A stretch of 64,000 nucleotides of DNA. Source: an uncultured Candidatus Saccharibacteria bacterium (GTDB lineage Bacteria; Patescibacteriota; Minisyncoccia; Phycocordibacterales; DAORIS01). Position numbers and translations under genes: made by a program. The number at the start of each line of letters is the position of its first letter. Within the stretch, counting starts at the first letter, position 1. Below are positions 1 to 9,478 of this stretch, one piece after another. Under the pieces are notes generated by a model that saw nothing but the letters and a program-made list of their open reading frames with translations, ran no database searches and was not told where the DNA came from. The stretch lies in contig CAZXUH010000002.1 of NCBI GenBank assembly GCA_964644035.1, positions 104,881-168,880 on the forward strand. Reading direction: 5' to 3'.

Positions 1-320
1 AGCAGAGCTTTACTGGTATTACTAAAAAAGATATAGAAAAAATGATCATAGCCTATGAACCGGTCTGGGCAATAGGCGCAGAGCAAGCTATGTCAGCCAA
101 TGATGTGCATGAAATGAGTCTGTTTATTAAAAAAGTCTTGCGCGAACAATGGAAGGGAATAAAGGTTGAATCGATACCTCTACTCTATGGAGGATCAGTC
201 GATGAAAACAATGCCGGCACTATTGTGCAGCAAGGTGAAGTGCAAGGGCTTCTTGTCGGCAGGCAGAGTCTCACCGTAGATAGTTTCAAGAGTATTATTT
301 CGACTCTCAATGGCCTATAA
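1..320 (+). CDS. tpiA: triosephosphate isomerase, C-terminal part (5' end lies outside the window)
   Basis: The open frame runs from the window edge. The translation QSFTGITKKDIEKMIIAYEPVWAIGAEQ... contains the TIM active-site motif AYEPVWAIG and a C-terminal GG..V loop. Confidence 0.85.
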   Translation, partial: QSFTGITKKDIEKMIIAYEPVWAIGAEQAMSANDVHEMSLFIKKVLREQWKGIKVESIPLLYGGSVDENNAGTIVQQGEVQGLLVGRQSLTVDSFKSIISTLNGL

Positions 321-1485
321 ATTTAAATCAATTCAGGATATTCCTGATCTGTGTAGTAAGCGCGTAATTGTAAGACTCGATTTCAACGTACCAATAGATG
401 CGGGCAAGGTAAGAGATGATTATCGAATTCGCAAAAGCATGAAAACGATCGATTTTCTTCGTCATGCTGGAGCAAAAGTAATCATTATCTCTCATGTAGA
501 AAACGAACCCCAAACTCTTAAACCGGTATTTGATCATATTCGAGTGCACTATCCGGACATGCACATTGTCTTTTGTGAAAATATTTTGGAAGAAGGCAGG
601 CAGTGTATTGAAAATCTCAAAGATGGCGGTGTGGCACTTTCTGAAAACATCAGACTCTATGACGGTGAGAAGAAAAATAGTGCTGATTTTGCAAAACAAC
701 TTGCTGCATTAGGAGATATGTACGTCAACGATGCTTTCTCTGTCTCACATCGAAAGCATGCTTCTATTGTCGGTGTACCTGCATATTTGCCGCACTATGC
801 TGGTTTTCAGTTTATTGAAGAGGTTGAACATATTTCAAAAAGCTTCAATCCAAGTCATCCCTTTCTATTTATCCTTGGCGGAGCGAAGTTTGATACCAAA
901 TTGCCTTTGATCAATAAATTCCTGCCAATAGCAGATGGAATATTTGTCGGGGGAGCATTGGCTCACAATTTTTATAAAGAAAATAATGAAGAAGTTGGAG
1001 TGTCGCTCGTATCACCAGGGTTTTATGACACCAAGAAGCTTATTGAAACTGAAAAAATAAATCTCCCCGAAGACTTTGTTGTGCTCACTGGTACTGAAAC
1101 AAGTGTGGTTGAACGCACACACGTGAAGCCTGATCAAAAGATTGTCGATGCTGGTCCCAAGACGATGCGGCTCCTTGAGAAATTTGTTAATGCATCGAAG
1201 TTTATACTTTGGAACGGTACGCTCGGCGAGTACGAGCAAGGGTATACTGAGCCGACAACGAAGCTCGCCTCGCTTATAGCAAAGCGCACTCGAGAGGATG
1301 CTGAGGTGTGTAGTATTGTCGGTGGAGGGGATACGTTAGCGGCAATCGCTGCGCTTGGTGTCGAAGAACACTTTAGCTTTGTCTCGACTGGCGGTGGTGC
1401 TATGCTCGATTTGCTGGCCAATGAAACATTGCCGGGAATAGTAGCTCTCGAAGCAAAAGTCGGTAAAACTAGTACCGAGGAATAA
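310..1485 (+). CDS. pgk: phosphoglycerate kinase
   Basis: 391 aa. N-terminal RVDFNVP-like substrate region (RLDFNVP) and overall PGK architecture. Overlaps the tpiA stop by 11 nt. Confidence 0.9.
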   Translation: MAYKFKSIQDIPDLCSKRVIVRLDFNVPIDAGKVRDDYRIRKSMKTIDFLRHAGAKVIIISHVENEPQTLKPVFDHIRVHYPDMHIVFCENILEEGRQCIENLKDGGVALSENIRLYDGEKKNSADFAKQLAALGDMYVNDAFSVSHRKHASIVGVPAYLPHYAGFQFIEEVEHISKSFNPSHPFLFILGGAKFDTKLPLINKFLPIADGIFVGGALAHNFYKENNEEVGVSLVSPGFYDTKKLIETEKINLPEDFVVLTGTETSVVERTHVKPDQKIVDAGPKTMRLLEKFVNASKFILWNGTLGEYEQGYTEPTTKLASLIAKRTREDAEVCSIVGGGDTLAAIAALGVEEHFSFVSTGGGAMLDLLANETLPGIVALEAKVGKTSTEE

Positions 1486-1795
1486 TATGAATATGAGTAT
1501 GGAAAATCACTTGTCCGGCACTCTGGCCGATATTGGTGGTGATATTCATACCCGATGGCTGGTATGTTGTTTTTAAAATATCACTCGTCTTTGAAACAAC
1601 TCTAATAAGTTTTTCTTTTAAATCATCTGGCGTCTCGAGAAAGTTTTCATGGTGAGCTTTTGATATGACGAGCGTGTGTCCTTTGCTGTTTGGGTGAGCG
1701 TCAAGAATAGCCAGACAGTCATCGTCTTGATACACGATTTCGGATTTGATTTCTCCTTTTACTATTTTGCAAAAAATGCAGTTTTCCATATACAT
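1469..1795 (-). CDS. HIT family protein (Hint-like histidine triad nucleotide-binding protein)
   Basis: 108 aa. N-terminal CIFCKI and C-terminal HxHxHxx motif (HTHIHIIPR). Confidence 0.85.
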   Translation of the reverse strand: MYMENCIFCKIVKGEIKSEIVYQDDDCLAILDAHPNSKGHTLVISKAHHENFLETPDDLKEKLIRVVSKTSDILKTTYQPSGMNITTNIGQSAGQVIFHTHIHIIPRY

Positions 1796-1809
1796 TTATT
1801 ATAATCGGC

Positions 1810-3477
1810 TTGACCCATATATGCTACAATTCGCACACTATGGACAATGCCCTTATCGATCAACTTCTCTACAATAGGGGAATACATACCGATGAAGAGA
1901 GGAATCGTTTCTTAGAACCGTCCTACGAAGAGCATATACATGATCCATTTCTATTGCCAAATATGGACAAGGCTGTCGAGCGTATTTTGTCTGCGATAAA
2001 AAATAATGAAAAAATCGTCATATATAGTGACTACGATGCCGACGGCATACCAGGTGCAGTAGTACTACATGATTTTTTTAAGAAAATAAATTATTCCAAT
2101 TTTTCAAATTATATTCCACATAGGCACGATGAAGGGTTTGGTCTCAATCTCGAAGCAATCGAGCAGTTTGTAGGAGACAAGGTAAAGCTTATGTTTACGA
2201 TCGATTGTGGTATTACCGATGTCGAGGAAGTAGCTCGCGCCCAAGCAGGCGGGATCGATGTGATTGTCACCGATCATCATATTCCGCACGGTGATTTGCC
2301 TGTTGCATATGCCATAGTCAATCCAAAACTTGCAGAGAGCCAGTATCCATTTCCAGACCTCTGCGGTGCGGCAGTGATTTTCAAGGTGGTGCAGGCGCTT
2401 ATCACAAAAGGCAATTTCAATATTACCGAAGGCTGGGAGAAATGGCTTCTTGATATGGTTGGTCTAGCAACACTTTCTGACATGGTTCCTCTCAAAGGTG
2501 AAAATCGTGTCCTTGCATACTATGGTCTCAAGGTATTAAAGAAATCTCCACGACCTGGTTTGGCAAAACTTTTTTCAAAAATGAATATGAAGCGTCACCA
2601 GATCTGCGAGGATGATATTACATTTATGATCGCTCCGCGTATCAATGCAGCTTCAAGAATGGGGCATCCGATCGATGCGTTCAATATGCTTGCAGAGCAA
2701 AAGCAGGATCAAGCTGCCTTTCATGCCGAACATCTGATTTCTCTCAATGACGAACGCAAACGTCTCACTGCATCGATCAATACTTCGATCAGAGCTATGT
2801 TGCATAAAAAAGAGCCGCGACCAGTACTTGTGATCGGCGATGTGTCGTGGAAACCGGGCGTACTTGGACTTGTTGCCAATAATCTGGCCGAAGAATACAA
2901 GCGGCCAATCTTTGTGTGGGGGAGAGACAATGGGACTTTGATAAAAGGATCGGTGCGCACTGGCAATAGTGCCAATATTGTCGATCTTATGGAAAAAGTC
3001 AAAGATATTTTTGTCGATTTTGGCGGGCATGCTATGTCGGGTGGATTTTCTATATCACATGAAAAGATCGATTATCTCGATGATGCACTCAATGGAGCGT
3101 ATCAGCTCATCACGGTACCTGAGCCAGAAAGCAATACGCAACTTTTCGAAAGCGAACTACCAATTGAAGCATTGACTGAGCGTACGCTTTCACAGATTGA
3201 AAAACTGTCTCCTTTTGGTGTTGGTAATATCAAGCCAATATTTCTTATCAAAAACGTAAAACCTATATCAATCAAGGCTTTTGGAAAGGGCAAAACACAT
3301 ACAGAGGTTATTGTTCAAGGTCCAAAAGGGCCAATACAGGCTGTAGCATTTTTCAAAACTCCAGACCAGTTTACTGCACTCTCAATAGACAATACAATTC
3401 AAGTTGTCGGTAGTCTCGAAAGGTCATATTGGCGTGGATCGTCACCCCTCAGGTTGCGCATTGTCGATATTCGTTGA
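1810..3477 (+). CDS. recJ: single-stranded-DNA-specific exonuclease RecJ (DHH/DHHA1). The true start may be the internal Met at 1840.
   Basis: DHH motif VIVTDHHIP, Asp-rich motifs (DYDADG), DHHA1-like C-terminus GGH. Confidence 0.8.
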   Translation: MTHICYNSHTMDNALIDQLLYNRGIHTDEERNRFLEPSYEEHIHDPFLLPNMDKAVERILSAIKNNEKIVIYSDYDADGIPGAVVLHDFFKKINYSNFSNYIPHRHDEGFGLNLEAIEQFVGDKVKLMFTIDCGITDVEEVARAQAGGIDVIVTDHHIPHGDLPVAYAIVNPKLAESQYPFPDLCGAAVIFKVVQALITKGNFNITEGWEKWLLDMVGLATLSDMVPLKGENRVLAYYGLKVLKKSPRPGLAKLFSKMNMKRHQICEDDITFMIAPRINAASRMGHPIDAFNMLAEQKQDQAAFHAEHLISLNDERKRLTASINTSIRAMLHKKEPRPVLVIGDVSWKPGVLGLVANNLAEEYKRPIFVWGRDNGTLIKGSVRTGNSANIVDLMEKVKDIFVDFGGHAMSGGFSISHEKIDYLDDALNGAYQLITVPEPESNTQLFESELPIEALTERTLSQIEKLSPFGVGNIKPIFLIKNVKPISIKAFGKGKTHTEVIVQGPKGPIQAVAFFKTPDQFTALSIDNTIQVVGSLERSYWRGSSPLRLRIVDIR

Positions 3478-3537
3478 GGCTACGCTTTATTTTTTCTTCA
3501 TTTAGGCATACTATAGCTGTGTCGTTAACTCGCCACC

Positions 3538-4434
3538 ATGCTACGCCGCCTTACATTACTCACCCTCGTCACACTCGTGTTTATGGGTGCCGTATATGCA
3601 ATCAGGGAAGTTGGTGTGCCGGCTCTTTCTTCGGCCATTCACAAGCAAGAGGTCAAGCAATTTGAGCTTGTGACCGATGAAACAGAATCAGCCGCAGTGA
3701 CCAAAGAAGTCCTGTTATCCTCACCGCTTATTATTTTGGGAAAAAGTGATGCTACTCCCTTTACTCCGACCCAAGTAGTGCTCGAGACCAATCGTCAGCG
3801 TGTCATGATGAATTTGCCTGAGCTTGTCGAGAATGAAGAATTGGCTGCAGCAGCAGAAATGAAAGTTCGAGATATGTTTGAGCATCAGTACTTCGAACAC
3901 AATTCTCCGCTCACTGGCGGTGGTCCCGATTCGCTTGCGCGCGCTGCTTCGTATGAATACGTTTCGCTCGGAGAAAATTTGGCACTTGGTAATTTTGGCG
4001 ATGAAGCTGCTCTTGTCGATGCGTGGATGAAAAGTCCGGGACATCGGGCAAATATTTTGCGTTCGCAATTCCAAGAGATTGGCATAGCAGTTGGCAGAGG
4101 AGAGTATCAGGGTAAGCAAGTGCTTATTGCAGTGCAGGAATTTGGTCGCCCTCTCAATAGTTGTCCTGCGGTAAAGGCTTCAGCCAAAAAATCGATCGAA
4201 GATGACAAGATTGCTTTGGCCGCTATAGGCGAAAAACTAACTAAAGCTCGCGCAGTAATTGAAACTCTTGAGAATGATCCAAAAGCCGATGATCAGGTCT
4301 ATCAGCAGAAAGTCAATGAATACAATACCCAAATTGGTGCTTACAATGCGCTTGTAGCTCAGATCAAGCAGAAGACAACTGCGTACAATGCTCAAGTCCG
4401 TGCATTTAATGCATGCCTTAAAACCTCCTCATAA
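3538..4434 (+). CDS. secreted or membrane-anchored CAP (SCP/PR-1, YkwD-like) domain protein with coiled C-terminal tail
   Basis: N-terminal hydrophobic signal anchor. CAP signatures (HQYFEHNSP...GENLA...W..SPGHRANIL). The C-terminus has heptad-like repeats (YNTQIGAYNALVAQIK...). Confidence 0.65.
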   Translation: MLRRLTLLTLVTLVFMGAVYAIREVGVPALSSAIHKQEVKQFELVTDETESAAVTKEVLLSSPLIILGKSDATPFTPTQVVLETNRQRVMMNLPELVENEELAAAAEMKVRDMFEHQYFEHNSPLTGGGPDSLARAASYEYVSLGENLALGNFGDEAALVDAWMKSPGHRANILRSQFQEIGIAVGRGEYQGKQVLIAVQEFGRPLNSCPAVKASAKKSIEDDKIALAAIGEKLTKARAVIETLENDPKADDQVYQQKVNEYNTQIGAYNALVAQIKQKTTAYNAQVRAFNACLKTSS

Positions 4435-4435
4435 T

Positions 4436-5206
4436 ATGAATATATTTTATGCAGCTATTCTTGGAATATTGGAAGGAGTAACAGAATTTATTCCTGTTTC
4501 TTCGACGGGACATCTTATTGTCGCTTCGCATTTGTTGAAGATTCCTCAAACAGATTTTCTAAAAATGTTTGAAGTGGTGATTCAGCTTGGTGCAGCATTG
4601 GCGGTATTGCCTTTATTTCTAAAAAGATTTTTCTCCGATAGAAAAGTTTTTTATCGATTGGTAATTGCTTTTATTCCTACAGCAATCGCTGGCGTGCTTT
4701 TTTATTCAGCGATTAAAACATTTTTCAATTCGCCCATGACAGTGATTATTAGTCTGGCTGTCGGGGGAGTAGCACTTATTGGCATTGAATACGTAGTAAA
4801 GAAAAAATCATCGAGCATGCTGCCGGCATCAGATTTTATTTCGTATAAAAAATCTTTTTTACTCGGCATGTTTCAAGCGATAGCAATTATCCCTGGCGTA
4901 TCACGATCAGGTGCAACGATTGCAGGGGGATTGCTTATGGGAATGTCACGGAGTGCTTTAGTAGAATTTAGTTTCTTACTCGCTTTGCCGACTATTGCTG
5001 CAGCATCAATATTTGATATCTACCAGACTCAGATAGCGTGGTCATCTCAGGAAATAACCTTGCTGGCTGTTGGTCTCATCGCGGCTTTTGTCACTGCGTA
5101 TTTTTCTATGAAATGGTTCTTGGCTTATATATCGAGGCATAGCTTCACTGTTTTTGGTATCTATCGCATCATTGCTGCGGCCGTATTTTTCTATATTCTT
5201 TTCTAA
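4436..5206 (+). CDS. uppP: undecaprenyl-diphosphatase UppP/BacA
   Basis: Starts immediately after the upstream stop. Conserved EGVTEFIPVSSTGHL and PGVSRSGATI motifs; multi-TM. Confidence 0.85.
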   Translation: MNIFYAAILGILEGVTEFIPVSSTGHLIVASHLLKIPQTDFLKMFEVVIQLGAALAVLPLFLKRFFSDRKVFYRLVIAFIPTAIAGVLFYSAIKTFFNSPMTVIISLAVGGVALIGIEYVVKKKSSSMLPASDFISYKKSFLLGMFQAIAIIPGVSRSGATIAGGLLMGMSRSALVEFSFLLALPTIAAASIFDIYQTQIAWSSQEITLLAVGLIAAFVTAYFSMKWFLAYISRHSFTVFGIYRIIAAAVFFYILF

Positions 5207-5230
5207 CATATCCTGTGATAGGATAGTCCC

Positions 5231-5719
5231 ATGAAACTATCAACACAGACCATCGTTATTGTGAGTATGATTGCTGGTATTGGCATTGTTGCCGCTGTAT
5301 TTCTTATGAGTCCTAAGAGCACCAAGGGCGACGAACTCATTCCATTTGCTGAATGTCTCAAGGATAACGGCGCTCTGTTCTACGGAGCTTTCTGGTGCCC
5401 ACATTGTCAGGCTCAAAAGGCACTTTTCGGCACAGCGGCAAAAAGCCTTCCATATATTGAATGTTCGACTCCAGATGCCAATGGTCAGCTTCCAGTGTGT
5501 GATGCCAAGGGTATAAAAAGCTATCCAACATGGTATTTTGCCGATGGTAGCAATCATGTAGGAGAACTCTCTCTTGCTGAACTTTCTGCGAAGACTTCAT
5601 GCCCACTTCCTGGCGATGAAGGATCTGCAACCTCAACTCCTGCGCAGACGATATCGACAAGCACGTCATCACAGCTTCCAGGAGCAACAATTGATTTTGG
5701 TGTTCCAGTCACAAACTAA
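5231..5719 (+). CDS. membrane-anchored thioredoxin-fold thiol:disulfide oxidoreductase (DsbA/BdbD-like) with S/T-rich C-terminal tail
   Basis: N-terminal TM, CxxC active site (WCPHCQ), cis-Pro region. The low-complexity STS-rich tail suggests surface exposure. Confidence 0.7.
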   Translation: MKLSTQTIVIVSMIAGIGIVAAVFLMSPKSTKGDELIPFAECLKDNGALFYGAFWCPHCQAQKALFGTAAKSLPYIECSTPDANGQLPVCDAKGIKSYPTWYFADGSNHVGELSLAELSAKTSCPLPGDEGSATSTPAQTISTSTSSQLPGATIDFGVPVTN

Positions 5720-5728
5720 AACCGCTAT

Positions 5729-6265
5729 ATGACACCACTTGCTCTCAATGCTACATATCTATTCTCGGCCGGGGTAGTGGTACTTCAGATTCTTGCAGTG
5801 GTGGTTTTCTTTCTTCTGATTCAGAAAAAAGAAGTATCTTTTCTTTCTAAAAAATCTTTCCACATTATCTTTTTAACTGCTTTGCTCGCAACGCTCGGCA
5901 GTCTTTTTTATTCTGAAGTCATTGGCTTCGTGCCGTGCAATCTGTGCTGGTATCAGCGAATCTTCATGTATCCTCAGGTTGTCTTGCTTCTTGTAGCGTA
6001 TTGGAAAAAAGATAAGACGATGGTCATCGACTACGTCATGTGGCTATCACTTATTGGTCTGCTTATTGCCGGTTATCATTACTACGGTCAAATGATCAAT
6101 ACTAGCGTCTTGCCGTGCAATTCTCCAGGTATTGGTGCAACGTGCTCTTCACGACCATTTGCGACACTTGGATATATTACGATTCCTATGATGGCTCTTA
6201 CGAGTTTCGTCTCCAACTTTCTTTTGTGCATCTACCACAAAAAGTTTAAAGGTTTCAATTCATAA
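5729..6265 (+). CDS. disulfide bond formation protein B (DsbB/BdbC family)
   Basis: 4-TM protein with the CNLCWYQRI motif (BdbC-type CxxCWYQR) and a second Cys pair (PCNSPGIGATCS). Lies directly downstream of the thioredoxin-fold gene. Confidence 0.75.
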   Translation: MTPLALNATYLFSAGVVVLQILAVVVFFLLIQKKEVSFLSKKSFHIIFLTALLATLGSLFYSEVIGFVPCNLCWYQRIFMYPQVVLLLVAYWKKDKTMVIDYVMWLSLIGLLIAGYHYYGQMINTSVLPCNSPGIGATCSSRPFATLGYITIPMMALTSFVSNFLLCIYHKKFKGFNS

Positions 6266-6277
6266 TCTGAAACCAAT

Positions 6278-6865
6278 ATGTCTTCTCTCATACCACTTAT
6301 CACCAGCTTCGGCTATTTGGGTGTTGGCTTGGTAGTATTTGCCGAATCAGGTTTTCTCTTGGGACTTTTCCTACCAGGCGATTCGCTTCTGATTGCTGTC
6401 GGACTTCTTGCGAGCAAAGGGTTCATGAATATATGGCTTCTTTTGATCATCGTTATCGTCGCGGCAATACTCGGTGACAATTTAGGCTATGCTACTGGCA
6501 GGAGATTTGGCCCCAAGGTCTTTAGTAGAGACGAATCATTCTTTTTTAAAAAAGATTATGTGGCGCGTACCGAAGCCTTTTTCCTTCGTCATGGCGCATT
6601 AGCTATTATTCTTGCTCGATTTACTCCGATCATTAGAACCTTTATACCGATCATGGCTGGAGTCGGTAAAATGCCTTACAAAACATTTCTTATCTGCAAT
6701 ATTGTTGGGGGATTTATTTGGGGTGGTGGAGTACTTCTTGCAGCGTATCTTGCTGGTCTTTATATTCCCGGTTTTGAAAAACACATAGAAACGATTATTA
6801 TTGTGGTGATTGCCGTCTCACTCGTGCCAGCCGTGCTACAATTTATAAAAAGCCGAATAAAATAA
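6278..6865 (+). CDS. DedA/VTT family membrane protein
   Basis: Conserved G(F/Y)[12 protein letters not shown] and ...RF.P..R motifs typical of DedA. Confidence 0.8.
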   Translation: MSSLIPLITSFGYLGVGLVVFAESGFLLGLFLPGDSLLIAVGLLASKGFMNIWLLLIIVIVAAILGDNLGYATGRRFGPKVFSRDESFFFKKDYVARTEAFFLRHGALAIILARFTPIIRTFIPIMAGVGKMPYKTFLICNIVGGFIWGGGVLLAAYLAGLYIPGFEKHIETIIIVVIAVSLVPAVLQFIKSRIK

Positions 6866-6866
6866 T

Positions 6867-7253
6867 ATGAAAAATTTCGTAAAAGAATTTAGAGAGTTTG
6901 CCATGAGGGGCAATGTTATGGATCTGGCTGTCGGAGTCATTATCGGTGCTGCATTTGGCAAGATTGTCACTTCGCTCGTCAATGATATTGTTATGCCGCT
7001 TATAGGTGTGCTTGTTGGCCGAGTCAATTTCTCTTCACTTACACTCAAATTTGATTCTGTAGAGATCAAATACGGCAGTTTCCTTCAAACAACACTCGAT
7101 TTTCTCATTGTCGCTTTTGTTATATTTCTCGTCATTCACGCTATCAATAAAATAAAAAGAAAGCAGGCAGCGTCAAAAACACCTCCACCACCAGCACCTC
7201 TTACCAAAGAAGAGACTCTACTTACTGAGATTCGCGATCTATTGAAAAAGTAA
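6867..7253 (+). CDS. mscL: large-conductance mechanosensitive channel
   Basis: Near-identical layout to E. coli MscL ([28 protein letters not shown]...[10 protein letters not shown]). Confidence 0.92.
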   Translation: MKNFVKEFREFAMRGNVMDLAVGVIIGAAFGKIVTSLVNDIVMPLIGVLVGRVNFSSLTLKFDSVEIKYGSFLQTTLDFLIVAFVIFLVIHAINKIKRKQAASKTPPPPAPLTKEETLLTEIRDLLKK

Positions 7254-7256
7254 GAG

Positions 7257-7784
7257 TTATACTCTCGTATCTCTAAGTGTTTCCAAGACCTTGTCGTGAG
7301 CTTCTTGAATGACTTTCTTTACTGTCTCAGGATGAGCAGCATTGGTAATAATGAAATTTGATTTCTCACTTGCTGTCTGGAGAGTAACATTGCCGAAGTC
7401 GAGAAATGTAGCGACAATCCCTGCAACATCAGTTGTAATATCTTGAATATTCTCAAGGGGAAAGCTCGAAATCTGGCGATTGAAAAGGCCGTGTTGCTCT
7501 ATATCGATAATTCTTTTATTGGTGACGACAAGCACATCGAGATAATAGTCAGTCCAAAAATAGAAAAAAGAAATCCACACCATCATGAGCCAAATAGGGT
7601 AGAGGATGACGAGTGCGATGACAATATCTATTGCAGCGTCGGCACTGCTCATTGCTCTAATGCCGACAATGAGAAATAGAGGAAAGAGTGCTGCGGCAAT
7701 GTTGAATACCACTTCGGAGATTATAAAAAACCAGTGTTTTCGTACTTCCTTGATAATAATCTCGTCTTGTTCAAGTGGGACCAT
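7257..7784 (-). CDS. membrane-flanked bacterial PH-domain protein (YdbS/YdbT-like)
   Basis: Two N-terminal TM helices followed by a roughly 90-aa soluble region with a YdbS-like pattern. Weak, memory-based assignment. Confidence 0.4.
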   Translation of the reverse strand: MVPLEQDEIIIKEVRKHWFFIISEVVFNIAAALFPLFLIVGIRAMSSADAAIDIVIALVILYPIWLMMVWISFFYFWTDYYLDVLVVTNKRIIDIEQHGLFNRQISSFPLENIQDITTDVAGIVATFLDFGNVTLQTASEKSNFIITNAAHPETVKKVIQEAHDKVLETLRDTRV

Positions 7785-7787
7785 ATA

Positions 7788-8018
7788 TTATCTAAATATT
7801 ATAAGTAGGGCAGCCAAAGCCAGTAAAATTGCCCCGACGGCTATGTAGATACTCTGTACAGTTCTCATCAGCCGGTCATTGGTGCCGTAATTTCTCCAAT
7901 GATAGCTATAAACCACAGCTGAAATAATGAAGACAAGGAGTGTCAGGAACAATATAACCCACAAAATACTTCCATTGAGTGACAGATGTATATTCTGAAG
8001 GAGAGACTGCGTATTCAT
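7788..8018 (-). CDS. small hypothetical membrane protein (2 TM)
   Basis: 76-aa ORF with two hydrophobic helices, tightly packed before the PH-domain gene. No recognisable motif. Confidence 0.35.
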   Translation of the reverse strand: MNTQSLLQNIHLSLNGSILWVILFLTLLVFIISAVVYSYHWRNYGTNDRLMRTVQSIYIAVGAILLALAALLIIFR

Positions 8019-8052
8019 TGTATTTAAGTCTATTATATACTATACCTACACT

Positions 8053-8916
8053 ATGAATATAGACGTACTGACAACAGAAGCATCCAAGGATTATGAACTC
8101 ATCGACTCTGGAAATGGCGAAAAACTCGAGCGTTTTGGCGATATTACGCTTGTTCGCCCTGACCCACAGGCTCTTTGGGCACCAGCGCTAGATGCAGCTA
8201 CATGGTCAAAAGCCGATGGGCGCTTTGTGCGTGCTGGTGCATCGGGAAGCTGGAAGATGAGTCCAACAGTGCCTAAAGAATGGAAAATCTCTCTTGAAAA
8301 TCTTTCATTTGCTATAAAACCTTCTTCTTTCAAGCACGTTGGTGTTTTTCCAGAACATGCAGCCAATTGGAAATGGATTACATCAACTATTAAAAACTCT
8401 GGTAGGAAGATTTCCGTACTCAATCTTTTTGGATACACTGGTGGAGCAACATTGGCAGCACTGGCTGCAGGCGCAGAAGTCTGTCATGTCGATGGATCAA
8501 AAGCTGCTGTTGCAATTGCTAGCAGCAATGCCGAACTCTCAGGTTTCAAAGATGCAACAGTGCGTTGGATTGTCGATGATGTCATTGCTTTTATAAAAAG
8601 GGAAATCAAAAGAGGAAAGAAGTACGATGCGATCGTTATGGATCCGCCGGCATTTGGTAGAGGTCCAAAAGGGGAGGTCTGGAAGATTGAACATGACTTT
8701 AGTCAGCTTCTCACACTCTCAAAAGAACTGCTCACACCAACACCACTCTTTTTATTGGTAAATGGCTATGCGGCAGGCTATTCGGCGCTTGGCTATGCCA
8801 ATGCCCTTGAAGGTGTATTTTTGGGCTTAAAAAACTCTCATTGTGGTGAATTGACGATCAAAGATAGGTCGGGAAGGCTACTTCCGGCGGGCATATTTGG
8901 ACGGATTGAGTTCTAA
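8053..8916 (+). CDS. class I SAM-dependent (rRNA) methyltransferase, RlmI/YwbD-like
   Basis: Rossmann motif I (LNLFGYTGGATLAAL), acidic motif VDGS, and the DPPAF post-motif typical of RlmI/RlmK-type MTases. Confidence 0.6.
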   Translation: MNIDVLTTEASKDYELIDSGNGEKLERFGDITLVRPDPQALWAPALDAATWSKADGRFVRAGASGSWKMSPTVPKEWKISLENLSFAIKPSSFKHVGVFPEHAANWKWITSTIKNSGRKISVLNLFGYTGGATLAALAAGAEVCHVDGSKAAVAIASSNAELSGFKDATVRWIVDDVIAFIKREIKRGKKYDAIVMDPPAFGRGPKGEVWKIEHDFSQLLTLSKELLTPTPLFLLVNGYAAGYSALGYANALEGVFLGLKNSHCGELTIKDRSGRLLPAGIFGRIEF

Positions 8917-8965
8917 TGTATACTTTACAGACCGTAAGTATGGCCCCCTTCTTACGTCTTATCAC

Positions 8966-9478
8966 ATGAGCGTACCATCACAGAAAAAAGAGGCCTTTAT
9001 TAAGGCCTACGAGGAACATGCTGACAACTTATTCAGGTTTTGCCTCGTAAAACTGTCTCATAGGGATCAGGCCCTCGATACGGTCCAAGAAGTCTTTGCC
9101 AAGACTTGGCAATACCTCTCAAGCGGTAGCGAGATAGGGAATATCAAGTCGTTTTTATATACGACGGCCTATCATCTTATTGTCGACAGTTATCGCAAGA
9201 AAAAAAATGAATCCCTCGACTCGCTTCGGGAAGAAGGATTCGATCTTGCCGATGATCGCGGTGAAGTCCCTCTTTTATCTGTCGATTCGGAAAAAGTTCT
9301 CAAAGCGTTACACAAACTCGATGATAATTACAGAGAGATTGTAACAATGAGATACATCAACGAACTCACACCCAAGGAAATCGCCGAGGTGGTCGGTCTC
9401 AGCGAAAATGTTGTTTCGGTCCGCATACATCGGGGTCTTGAAAAGCTTCGAAATATGCTCAATATCACCAATGAATGA
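8966..9478 (+). CDS. ECF-type RNA polymerase sigma-70 factor
   Basis: Region 2 (FAKTWQYL ... YRKKK) and region 4 HTH (LTPKEIAEVVGLSENVVSVRIHRGLEKLR). Start taken at the internal Met after the upstream stop. Confidence 0.8.
   Translation: MSVPSQKKEAFIKAYEEHADNLFRFCLVKLSHRDQALDTVQEVFAKTWQYLSSGSEIGNIKSFLYTTAYHLIVDSYRKKKNESLDSLREEGFDLADDRGEVPLLSVDSEKVLKALHKLDDNYREIVTMRYINELTPKEIAEVVGLSENVVSVRIHRGLEKLRNMLNITNE

Noticed and set aside
328-1421. Antisense and alternate-frame ORFs inside pgk (328-699 -, 530-712 +, 1012-1239 -, 1134-1421 -)
   Set aside because: They are fully contained within a high-confidence PGK coding region and have no motifs. This is the typical shadow-ORF pattern; the Ala/Ser/Pro-rich 1134-1421 ORF is the GC-skewed antisense frame.
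5240-5690. Minus-strand ORFs 5240-5557 and 5358-5690 antisense to the thioredoxin-fold gene
   Set aside because: Shadow ORFs. The plus-strand gene has a clear TM-CxxC-thioredoxin architecture.
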